Shown: positions 1 through 8,236 of the stretch, piece by piece
Layout of the letters: each line of letters starts with the position of its first letter
Position numbering within the stretch: position 1 is the stretch's first letter
Source: Aquificaceae bacterium
Lineage (GTDB): Bacteria > Aquificota > Aquificia > Aquificales > Aquificaceae
Reading direction: 5' to 3'
DNA: 64,000 bases
Assembly: GCA_037925075.1 (NCBI GenBank)
Contig: JAXSNR010000001.1
Location: 736,001 to 800,000 of the forward strand
Program-made: the position numbers and the translations under genes
The notes under the pieces: generated by a model
Database searches by the model: none
What the model was told of the DNA's origin: nothing
The model's input: only the letters and a program-made list of their open reading frames with translations

Positions 1-2
1 AG

Positions 3-104
3 CTTCTATCTAACTTTAAGATAGACACACAAATTACGGGCTTTGCAAAAACAAATTCCGCCTTCATAAAACTTTTGAAGTTCCTCATTGGGCTTTTCAC
101 ATGA
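3..104 (+). CDS. 3' end of an upstream gene truncated by the window edge (...LLSNFKIDTQITGFAKTNSAFIKLLKFLIGLFT*), product unknown
   Basis: Open frame from position 3 to TGA 102-104, overlapping the next ATG as ATGA, typical of translational coupling. Confidence 0.55.
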   Translation, partial: LLSNFKIDTQITGFAKTNSAFIKLLKFLIGLFT

Positions 105-1579
105 AGAGGCTACCTTTGGCTCTTGCTCTTTTTTTGGTATCTTGCGGTGGTGGTGAGCAAAGCACAGAGGGGCGTATAAGCCTTAGCATAAAGGGGGAGG
201 TAAAGGTAGAATATTTTAGCAGGGTTTTTTTGAGGGTCTCTTACCCAGAGGGTGGACCATACCAAGAGGAAAGGTATGGGAGGTTTGCACCAGGTGATGT
301 GTTGGTGTTCAACGTGGAAATTCCAGAGGGCAGAGAACGCACCATTGAGGTTTTTCTCTTTGACCCGCAGAACAAGCCTGTATATTACCGTTCTCTTTTC
401 CTACCTGAGCTTTCAAAGAAGGATACCATAAATGTGGAACTCTTGCCTTCTGAAAAAAGCATCCAAACCTTTGAAATAAGGTCAGACGGCACCATAAAGA
501 CCAGTGCAAAGCTTGAGCTTTTGAGCGAAGACCTCTACTCTTCTAACGGTTTGTATGACCGCTATGTGGTGGGAAGGGCTATAAGAGAAGGTCAAAGGAT
601 TTTCTATGTAGACGCCTTACAGGATAAGGTTGAAGTTGAACTTGAAAGAAGGCAAGAGCTTGTGGTAAGCTCGCAAACACCTCTGTATGTGACGGGTAGT
701 GCGGAGGGCTTTGTAAGAGATAGCGTGCAGGTCAGCGTTAGCAGTTCAAAGCTCACCACCGAGGGCGAAGGTTTCCTATGTGCGGTAGATGGTAATTCCA
801 TATGGTATAGCCTTTCTAAGGCTTCCACCCTTGAACTTCAAAGGGCTTGTGTAGGAAGCACCTGCACCGCATACACCGTAAATTCACCTCAGGACTTTAC
901 CCTTGCGGAGGTTCTTATATTATACAAGGGTATAGCCTGCGTGGGTGGATATTTGGAAGCTCCAAACAGGGTGAGAGTGCTTGACCTACCTCAGACTCAA
1001 AAATATCTGGGTTTTAACTATGTGAGTGACCAACCTTGTAAAACCTACGGGAAGTTATACACGCCAATTAACAATGTGGAGTTTTCAAAAATGTTCTTTG
1101 AGGTCCCACCCTTATCTTCTTGGAGGGTGTATTCGGAGGATAGGCTTTATGAGATGAAGACCTCTTGCTTTGCTTCCTCTGGGGCTTCTTTTCTCTTGAT
1201 TCCCTCTTATAGGGGCAGGCTTTTTGTGGAGAAGTTGGAAGAGGGGAAAGCTTACGGAAAGTTTCTGGACTCTCGCAGATGGTCATGGGAAGGGCATGAT
1301 ATAAAGGGCGTAAGCATAAAGGACATAGGAGATTTGTTCCTTTTGAGCTTTGAGTTGGTTGGAAACTTTAAAAGCTGTGATATGAGATTATGGTCAGAAG
1401 AGGGTGAGCTTCACATAAAAGGCATACCCACATACAGAAGACATATAAAGCTTTCTAAGGCTCTTTTTGGGAAGCCGGAGGATATGAACTACGAGCTCAC
1501 ATGCTATTTTGAGGGGGGTTATGTAAAAAACAAGCAAGAAAAAGAACCTGTTTATGGCATCTACAACCCAGCGATGTAA
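101..1579 (+). CDS. Uncharacterised lipoprotein, beta-rich with several Cys
   Basis: 492-aa ORF; signal peptide MKRLPLALALFLVS-C followed by GGG (lipobox LVSC). Confidence 0.7.
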   Translation: MKRLPLALALFLVSCGGGEQSTEGRISLSIKGEVKVEYFSRVFLRVSYPEGGPYQEERYGRFAPGDVLVFNVEIPEGRERTIEVFLFDPQNKPVYYRSLFLPELSKKDTINVELLPSEKSIQTFEIRSDGTIKTSAKLELLSEDLYSSNGLYDRYVVGRAIREGQRIFYVDALQDKVEVELERRQELVVSSQTPLYVTGSAEGFVRDSVQVSVSSSKLTTEGEGFLCAVDGNSIWYSLSKASTLELQRACVGSTCTAYTVNSPQDFTLAEVLILYKGIACVGGYLEAPNRVRVLDLPQTQKYLGFNYVSDQPCKTYGKLYTPINNVEFSKMFFEVPPLSSWRVYSEDRLYEMKTSCFASSGASFLLIPSYRGRLFVEKLEEGKAYGKFLDSRRWSWEGHDIKGVSIKDIGDLFLLSFELVGNFKSCDMRLWSEEGELHIKGIPTYRRHIKLSKALFGKPEDMNYELTCYFEGGYVKNKQEKEPVYGIYNPAM

Positions 1580-1596
1580 TGTTATAATATAAACTT

Positions 1597-3567
1597 ATGA
1601 GGCTTACCCAAGAAAAGGTCTTGGAGACCTTTAACAAAAACGTGGATTTCCTTTCAAGATACTACCCTCAGCTGCTTGAAAAACTCAATATTCCCAAGGA
1701 CAGTATAAGGGTAAGCCTCGACCCACAGGGCAGGATCGACGCCTTTATTGGTAGTTTAATGGTGTATGGAGGAGACGCCTATAAAAAGTCCTTAGAGCAA
1801 GTGTATCGCTTTGATGCACTACCTATTAGGTTTATGCCAAACCTTCATATATCTTCTTCCGCAGACGAAAAGCTAATATCCTATAGGACTAAGGCAAAAA
1901 TGGAAAAAGTGGTGGGCACGGAAATAAAATTTCCCCAATACCCACCAGATAAAAACATCCCCCTTTTAATATCCATAGGCTTAGGCTTTGGGTTTCATAT
2001 AGATATGTTGAGAAAAATGTACAAAATACAGCACATGATCATCATAGACCTGCCCATTTTTGCACACCTAAGCCTATATACCATGGACTGGAAGGATTTA
2101 GTGGAGGAATTTAACAAACAGGATAAGAGCATCACCCTGTTTATAGGAGAAGACTTTTTCAAACCAGAAACCATAGATAATACAGTACAAGAGCTTATCA
2201 ATGCCTTTAATAGAATAGGTCCCATGTTGACTTATTGGGGGTACTACTTTGAACATTTGAAGTACAACCCACCCGTTAGATTTTCGGAGTTTTTGGCAAA
2301 GACGCCGGCTATCAGTCAGTTGTACAAAGGCTTTTGTGATGACGAGCTTTGGTCTCTTGAATGGACATTGGAAAAAATAGAACGTTCTATACCCGCATAC
2401 TATGGAGGCTACACCATCCCACGAGGCTATACCGCCTTTGTGTTGGGAGCAGGTCCATCTTTGGACAAAGCCATTGAATTTATACAACGTTATAAAGGCA
2501 AGGCGGTAATCTTTTCCTGTGGTTCCACAATAACCGCATTGGAAAGGGTTGGCATACTGCCAGACTATCATGTGGAGACAGAGAGGACAAAATACACTTA
2601 TGACATACTTGCTGAGGTTAACAGGGAATTTTTGAAGGACATCATCTTTATTACAAACAACCCAACATGGACGGAGTGCTTTGACCTGTTTAAGGAAGGT
2701 TATATGTTTTTAAAGCTTAACGATACGGGTGGCATACTTCTTGCCAAGTATGGTGGGGTTCCTATAAGGATACGGCATACGGGACCAACGGTAACCGCAG
2801 GGGGTGTTGCCCTTGCTGCGGAGTTTGGCTTTGAGGAAATCTACCTCTTTGGAGTAGATTTAGGTAAAAAAGCCACACAAGAGCACCACTCTAAACTGAC
2901 CAACTACTATAAGAGCAACAGCATGCTTTCAAAAATGGTGCCCGAGTTGGATATACCCTACGAGGCAGTTAATGGTGGCTTGGCTTATACAAACATTTGG
3001 TTTTTAGAAACTGCCCAAAGCATAGAGGCTATTGCCCGAAAATTCAATGTTAGAATATACAATGCCTCTGACGGAATAAATATAAGTGGGACTATTCCCA
3101 TAAGGCTGGAAGATATAAACATGGAAAGCAAGCCAGAAATTGACAAAGAATACATAAAAAGTGTTATAAGAAGCAATTTTAGTATGAATTATACGCAATA
3201 TATAAATAGGGAAAATATGGGATACATACTTACAAAAGTTATAGAACAAGTAGATGAGCTTATTGCAATTGCCAAGAGATATACGGAGATGGATTATAGG
3301 AACTATACAGATTTGTTATCTTACTTCACTATGTTTAACTACAGCCTTAAACATTGTGATGACGTACTATATCATCTGATATTCCACGATACGCACACTT
3401 GGACCACTGCGGTGGTGGGAGCTTCTGCGACCGTAGGACCTGAGGAAAGGGACAGGCTGGTAAAGGAGTTCTGGCATATATACATACAGTATCTAAGGGA
3501 GATAAAAGAATATTTAGAAGCTCTAAGGGGGAGGTTTGCCTATCAGGGTGCAAAGGCTATGGGTTGA
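1597..3567 (+). CDS. Motility-associated factor (Maf/DUF115, MAF_flag10) family glycosyltransferase
   Basis: Motifs IGLGFGFHI, AFVLGAGPSLD, IFSCGST..AL...GILPDYHVETER, GPTVT, FGFEEIYLFGVDLG and IYNASDG match the Maf flagellin glycosyltransferase family. Confidence 0.85.
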   Translation: MRLTQEKVLETFNKNVDFLSRYYPQLLEKLNIPKDSIRVSLDPQGRIDAFIGSLMVYGGDAYKKSLEQVYRFDALPIRFMPNLHISSSADEKLISYRTKAKMEKVVGTEIKFPQYPPDKNIPLLISIGLGFGFHIDMLRKMYKIQHMIIIDLPIFAHLSLYTMDWKDLVEEFNKQDKSITLFIGEDFFKPETIDNTVQELINAFNRIGPMLTYWGYYFEHLKYNPPVRFSEFLAKTPAISQLYKGFCDDELWSLEWTLEKIERSIPAYYGGYTIPRGYTAFVLGAGPSLDKAIEFIQRYKGKAVIFSCGSTITALERVGILPDYHVETERTKYTYDILAEVNREFLKDIIFITNNPTWTECFDLFKEGYMFLKLNDTGGILLAKYGGVPIRIRHTGPTVTAGGVALAAEFGFEEIYLFGVDLGKKATQEHHSKLTNYYKSNSMLSKMVPELDIPYEAVNGGLAYTNIWFLETAQSIEAIARKFNVRIYNASDGINISGTIPIRLEDINMESKPEIDKEYIKSVIRSNFSMNYTQYINRENMGYILTKVIEQVDELIAIAKRYTEMDYRNYTDLLSYFTMFNYSLKHCDDVLYHLIFHDTHTWTTAVVGASATVGPEERDRLVKEFWHIYIQYLREIKEYLEALRGRFAYQGAKAMG

Positions 3568-4334
3568 TCAAGACTTACCCTTTCGGGGTTTCTTTGTAGG
3601 TAGGCGTCTATAAGCCTTTTGTAGTTGTAGAGGGAATGCAGATGGTAGTATATGGCTCTTATATAACCCTTTTGTTCAAAATCCCTTAGGACTGTTTGGG
3701 GAAGCTCCATAAGGGCTTTCTCATCTACCGCATTGAAGGATACACTTATGCCCTTGTAGGTAAAGGTTCCGGGCCTTATAAGGTCATATTCAACCAAAGC
3801 TTGCACGAACAGGCGGGTTTGTTCATAGTCTTGTAGGAAGTTTATGCCCGGCTGTACAAAATGCACCATGAAAAGGGGGTTCATCTCCTCTTTTGACAGA
3901 AGCACGGGCTCACCCTCTACATCTGACCATCCGGGACAGGTGAGGTCTATGTTTACAAGGGTTCTTCCCGTTTGGTCCTTGACGGGGCTAAAGGGGTATT
4001 GCTTGCAAGATGTTGGCTTGTCTTCACCCAAGATGCACCCAAAGCCCTCTTTTAGATATACACAGCTTCCATCCACGTCTATGTCCAGTTTATAGAAAAG
4101 GTTCATCTCAAAGCTTGCGGGCTGGTCTTCACTGTACTTTATCAGGGGGAAGATTATGGGAAAGTAGAGAGATAGGTGACTTATCTCAGAAAAACCAACG
4201 GAGGACCTCACGGGCGCGTAGCAACAACTCTTTGGACAGCTTGCTCCCAAACATCTCCATTTGAGGTTTTTGTGCTTTTCCGTGTCAAGAAGTTCTGTTA
4301 TTTCAAAAAGCTTTTTTGAAGGCTTGTCGCTCAT
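3543..4334 (-). CDS. YkgJ/FliB-like cysteine-cluster protein (CxxCxxCC family)
   Basis: WRCLGASCPKSCC, CVYL...C...KPTSCKQYPF and IDLTCPG motifs; start moved to ATG 4334, which overlaps the upstream stop as ATGA. Confidence 0.75.
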   Translation of the reverse strand: MSDKPSKKLFEITELLDTEKHKNLKWRCLGASCPKSCCYAPVRSSVGFSEISHLSLYFPIIFPLIKYSEDQPASFEMNLFYKLDIDVDGSCVYLKEGFGCILGEDKPTSCKQYPFSPVKDQTGRTLVNIDLTCPGWSDVEGEPVLLSKEEMNPLFMVHFVQPGINFLQDYEQTRLFVQALVEYDLIRPGTFTYKGISVSFNAVDEKALMELPQTVLRDFEQKGYIRAIYYHLHSLYNYKRLIDAYLQRNPERVSLDQPIAFAP

Positions 4335-4732
4335 GGTATTATGTACCACCTCTCTTTTATTTTTACTGCAAAATTTTTGACCACCGTAGGCTCTCCCTTT
4401 GGAGTGTGCAAGCTTATTTCCAAAAGAACCACATCCTGACCGTGCGTGCTCTTTATAGTTTTGGCGACGGTGGCGGTTATGTTGATGGGTTTTGTGTACA
4501 GCCTTGTGTATTGTTCCTTTTTTTCGCAAAAGGTCTTTGCTTGCTCCTCCGAAGCGGGCATAAATATATTATATGCCTGAACCGCCAAATTGCTCTTGGC
4601 AAACTCCATACACCTCTGGGGCTCAAAAAACATCACCTGCCAGAAGGCAACCCCCAAGTCTTTTGGGTCCTCGTAGGCCTTTTGGGAACAGGCAAACATA
4701 AAAAAAGCAAAAAGCAACCAAAGCAATCTCAT
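4331..4732 (-). CDS. Small lipoprotein, hypothetical
   Basis: MRLLWLLFAFFMFA-C lipoprotein signal at ATG 4732; GGAGG SD upstream. Confidence 0.7.
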   Translation of the reverse strand: MRLLWLLFAFFMFACSQKAYEDPKDLGVAFWQVMFFEPQRCMEFAKSNLAVQAYNIFMPASEEQAKTFCEKKEQYTRLYTKPINITATVAKTIKSTHGQDVVLLEISLHTPKGEPTVVKNFAVKIKERWYIIP

Positions 4733-4743
4733 AGAAAACCTCC

Positions 4744-4771
4744 AAAAAAGAAAAAGCCCCCAAAAGGGGGC
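4744..4771 (-). terminator. Rho-independent terminator after the 736-aa lipoprotein gene
   Basis: On the minus strand a GCCCCC-TTTT-GGGGGC hairpin (4756-4771) is followed by TTTTTCTTTTTT, 7 nt after the stop codon. Confidence 0.85.
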
Positions 4772-4778
4772 ACAAGAC

Positions 4779-6989
4779 TTAGAACTTGATGAAGGGCACG
4801 CCAAGGGCGTTGTTAGGTCCTACACCGCCAGCACCATTGAAGCTATTAAAGACCTTAAAGCAAAGACCCACTTGAGAACCGCTTCCTGGAAACTGTAAGC
4901 TGTTGGCACCAAGAATAAGGTATTCCCAAGTGTTTCCAGAGGGGCAGAAGGATACAGTTCCTCTGTTGGCGGCAGAGTCAAGGTAGTTGTAAAGGGCGTT
5001 GTTGTTGTTGGCAACATCACCAAAGGTTGGAGGATTTATCCCTGCACCTGCACCCACTATATTAACAGGAGTAACCGCGTCTGTGTTGTAGTTGACGTAG
5101 TTGTAGGTAAAACCACCTGGACCGGGTACAGGGGGTACAGGGTTAACGCATGCCCGGTCTGTTGGGCTATATATCTGCACAAGTTGACCAGCAAAAGCAG
5201 CACCACCACAGTTGGCTCCGTTAAAGTGTGCCTCCAAAACAGCGTTTTTAGGCGTAGGTGCGGCGTTGTGAGTATAGTGGCGTAGATTATTAGCTCCTCT
5301 CCTAATTACAAAGGCGTTGGTGATATTTCTGTCAAGGTTGTTTGAGAATACATCACCAGCAAGAGCATCACTATCTTCACCTTGGATCAGACATGTTGGG
5401 TTTCCACCCACCACAAAGCTAATAGAGGCTACTTGGTTGTCGTTAGTAGCTGCTGCACCAAAGCGGCTATTAGTGCTTATCATACCGATCAGTATGCTGT
5501 TTGTCCTTGTGTTCTTTACTCTTACAACGCCATTGTTCAAAGACACTACAAAGCTTGCTGCCAAAGTCTCCGTGTTTCCTACATTGCAATTCTGAGCACC
5601 ACCAGGAAGAGCAGCGGCTCCAAAAACTACTGCTGTGTGAGCATTGCTAAGTGACCTCACCGTAAGGTTTGGTGCAAACTGGAAGTAGGCAATTGCGGTA
5701 CCATTGGCTCCCCCTATCGCAAGGGCTCCGTTGTCAAGACCTATAACACTAAACACTGGTGTGTTTACCGCATTTGCCACGTTAATTGGATATCCTGCTC
5801 CTTGAACTACGCCCATGTTGTTAAGGGCCGCAACAAAACCTGTAGCTGCTGATATATTAGTGCCACAACTTGTTGCTGTTGCGTTGCGTGCACCCACAAA
5901 TAGGTTGTTGTTGGCATCCACATCAAAGGCGGCGATGGATGAAACACCAATGTTCCCAACCCTTATTTCTATGCCAGCAGCACCGCATTGAAAGGTGTTA
6001 CCATTTACTTGGAACTGTGTAACTGTGTTGCCAGAAACATTAAAGGCGGTCAGTGCACATGATACTTGCTGACCGGCGAGTATACCAGCACCAGCTACTT
6101 CTGGTGAGTTCATCACAACAAGGTATGAGCCGTTTGGAGCTTTGTTTATGATGGTTCTGTTGCCAAATTGATTTAGAGGGGAGGTGAATACTTGGACTAA
6201 GTCTCCGTTATCTGTGACAAGGTGTATGGGAAGTGATTTTGTGTTATCACCCACAAGGAATGTGGTGTAGGAGCCCGCGGGTCTGGTGGCGGTAACGTTG
6301 TCTATGCGAACTACTGGGTTTTGTCCATTTGATATGGCTTGTGCAAAAGTGCCGTCGCTTTTTACCACAAAGACGTTGGGGTTTGTGGCAGCATCTCGCA
6401 CAATGGCATAAGCGTTGTTTATTGCAAAGACATTCTGCCCGTTGATATCTTGAGCAACTTCAATCTGTTGAAACTGTGTTGCGGAGACTTTCTTCGCGGT
6501 GCAGTCCTTTGTCACAACATATCCGCCGTCTGTGGCGTTCATGAGGAAGTAAGGCCTGTTACGTACAAGCTCGTTGGTTACGTTTGCATAAGCATGTCCT
6601 GCAAAGGTGAGGCTTAGGTCCTTGGCGGTGGCGTTTGAAGCATCAACGCAAAAGACTTGGTTGGTTGCGGTTCTTACCAGTAGGTTGCTGTTGTTAAACT
6701 GGTATAGGACTGCGGTTATGTCCTTGCCCGCAAGGTCTTTTACCTCCACCTTGTTGCCAGATCCGTCCACAAAGTAGTATCTGTCTTGTCCGGCTCCTGC
6801 GGGGGAAAGCCTTGTAAAGACCGCGGGAGTACCTAGGCTTCCAACCGTGGGGGTGGTTGTGGTTGGCGTAGTTGTGGATGGTGGTGGGGTTGTGGTGGCG
6901 CTAGCGGTTCCACCACCGCCTCCGCAAGAGGCAACGAGTGCCCCCAAGCTTAGCACTGCTGATGCTAAGAGTAGGCTTTTCTTGCTCAT
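4779..6989 (-). CDS. Large Asn/Gly/Ala/Thr-rich surface lipoprotein (candidate major surface or S-layer-like protein)
   Basis: Lipobox LVAS-C then GGGGG, Thr/Pro linker, long beta-rich low-charge body, strong SD AAGGAGG; function is inferred. Confidence 0.7.
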   Translation of the reverse strand: MSKKSLLLASAVLSLGALVASCGGGGGTASATTTPPPSTTTPTTTTPTVGSLGTPAVFTRLSPAGAGQDRYYFVDGSGNKVEVKDLAGKDITAVLYQFNNSNLLVRTATNQVFCVDASNATAKDLSLTFAGHAYANVTNELVRNRPYFLMNATDGGYVVTKDCTAKKVSATQFQQIEVAQDINGQNVFAINNAYAIVRDAATNPNVFVVKSDGTFAQAISNGQNPVVRIDNVTATRPAGSYTTFLVGDNTKSLPIHLVTDNGDLVQVFTSPLNQFGNRTIINKAPNGSYLVVMNSPEVAGAGILAGQQVSCALTAFNVSGNTVTQFQVNGNTFQCGAAGIEIRVGNIGVSSIAAFDVDANNNLFVGARNATATSCGTNISAATGFVAALNNMGVVQGAGYPINVANAVNTPVFSVIGLDNGALAIGGANGTAIAYFQFAPNLTVRSLSNAHTAVVFGAAALPGGAQNCNVGNTETLAASFVVSLNNGVVRVKNTRTNSILIGMISTNSRFGAAATNDNQVASISFVVGGNPTCLIQGEDSDALAGDVFSNNLDRNITNAFVIRRGANNLRHYTHNAAPTPKNAVLEAHFNGANCGGAAFAGQLVQIYSPTDRACVNPVPPVPGPGGFTYNYVNYNTDAVTPVNIVGAGAGINPPTFGDVANNNNALYNYLDSAANRGTVSFCPSGNTWEYLILGANSLQFPGSGSQVGLCFKVFNSFNGAGGVGPNNALGVPFIKF

Positions 6990-7021
6990 GTCTGTACCCT
7001 CCTTTAAAGGAATTTAAGACT

Positions 7022-7050
7022 ATTATAACAGAGCTTTTTTGCCCTGTCAA
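7022..7050 (-). promoter_or_regulatory. Consensus sigma70 promoter for the 736-aa lipoprotein
   Basis: Minus strand reads TTGACA-gggcaaaaaagctctgt(17 nt)-TATAAT, with an extended -10 TG. Confidence 0.85.
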
Positions 7051-7099
7051 GTAGTATGTGGCTTTTTTTGACCAAAAGGTTCATCTAAAATATTAGCCT

Positions 7100-8236
7100 A
7101 TGAGGTTGATAAGGCTAAAAGGGGACTTTTCGGGAAGACTTTTTGATGAGGAGGTGCAAGGGAGTTCTGGCGACCTTTTTTTGGTGTTTGATGACACCGC
7201 AGAAAACCTTTTGAAAACACCCTACTTTTCTTCTCTCAAAAAGTCCGAAGAGAAGTCCATACTCTCAAAGCTTTTTAGACCCTATGAGGGTGAGCCCTTG
7301 CACGGCAAAAGTCTTCTCCTTTTCTTTGGTAGTGCCCTTGGGGATACCCTTGTTTTTTTGCCCGTTATAAGAAGAATAAGGGAGTTGTATGGGAGCTGTA
7401 AGCTGTATGTAACCGTTAGGCCCTTTGAGACGCATTTTTATTATGGTGTAAGGGAGGTGGATGGGCTTTTAAACAGGGTGCTAAACCTTAGGGATCTGCC
7501 ACCGGTGGATTATGTGGTGGATTTTTCGGGAATGGCTGGGCATAGGGACTTTTTGGAGCTTGGTATGCAACAGTACTACTGCAAGAGGCTTTTTTTGGAC
7601 TGGGAGAGCGTCCAGCCCAAGCACTACAAACTACCCATAAAGCCAGAAGCGACAAAGTCCATCACAAAGCTTTTAAAGGGGCTAAAAGCCTCAAAAAAGC
7701 CCTTGCTTTTGGTTTGCCCAAGAAGCCCTGCCTGGGTTAGGAGGCTTCCCTTTGAACTCTTGAAAAAACTTCCGGAGCTTCTGCCCCAATACAGGCTTTT
7801 GGTCGCCCAACCTCCAAAAGACCAGCCCTACACCCGAAGGCTTGCCTCCTTTGGTTATGCGGACCTTACACCCCATATGGTACATCTTGACCACTTTAAG
7901 GCTTTGGTTTCTCTCGTGGATGTGGTGCTTAGCGTGGATACGGGTTGCTTTCATATTGCGGGTTCTTTGGAAAAGCCGGTGGTGGCTGTTTTTAACACCT
8001 TTGAGTGTTCTCATAGGAACTACTACCCAAAAGCCCTCTGCTATCAGGTTAGCTATAAGTCTTTTCTCTGTGAGTCCCCCTGTAAGATAAGCTTTGTGTC
8101 CGCCACAAAGGAAAACCCGGAGGGCATGTGCCAAACCGCCCTCCTAAACAGGCACGTCTACAAGGACGCACCCCCCTGTATGCACAGCATAGACCCAAAA
8201 GCCCTGGCGTCTATGATAGAGTCCTTAACTTCCTAA
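7100..8236 (+). CDS. Glycosyltransferase family 9 (heptosyltransferase-like)
   Basis: SALGDTLVFLPVIR, DVVLSVDTGCFHIAGSLEKPVVAVF and a C-terminal Cys cluster ending PPCMHSIDP. Confidence 0.85.
   Translation: MRLIRLKGDFSGRLFDEEVQGSSGDLFLVFDDTAENLLKTPYFSSLKKSEEKSILSKLFRPYEGEPLHGKSLLLFFGSALGDTLVFLPVIRRIRELYGSCKLYVTVRPFETHFYYGVREVDGLLNRVLNLRDLPPVDYVVDFSGMAGHRDFLELGMQQYYCKRLFLDWESVQPKHYKLPIKPEATKSITKLLKGLKASKKPLLLVCPRSPAWVRRLPFELLKKLPELLPQYRLLVAQPPKDQPYTRRLASFGYADLTPHMVHLDHFKALVSLVDVVLSVDTGCFHIAGSLEKPVVAVFNTFECSHRNYYPKALCYQVSYKSFLCESPCKISFVSATKENPEGMCQTALLNRHVYKDAPPCMHSIDPKALASMIESLTS

Noticed and set aside
4335..4529. N-terminal 65-aa extension of the YkgJ/FliB-like ORF given in the track
   Set aside because: It overlaps the upstream lipoprotein gene in another frame; ATG 4334 has an SD-like GAGGTGG and an ATGA overlap
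6845..6925. Short GGT/GTT-type repeats as a tandem repeat or phase-variation tract
   Set aside because: Imperfect and explained by the Gly5 and Thr/Pro linker codons of the lipoprotein
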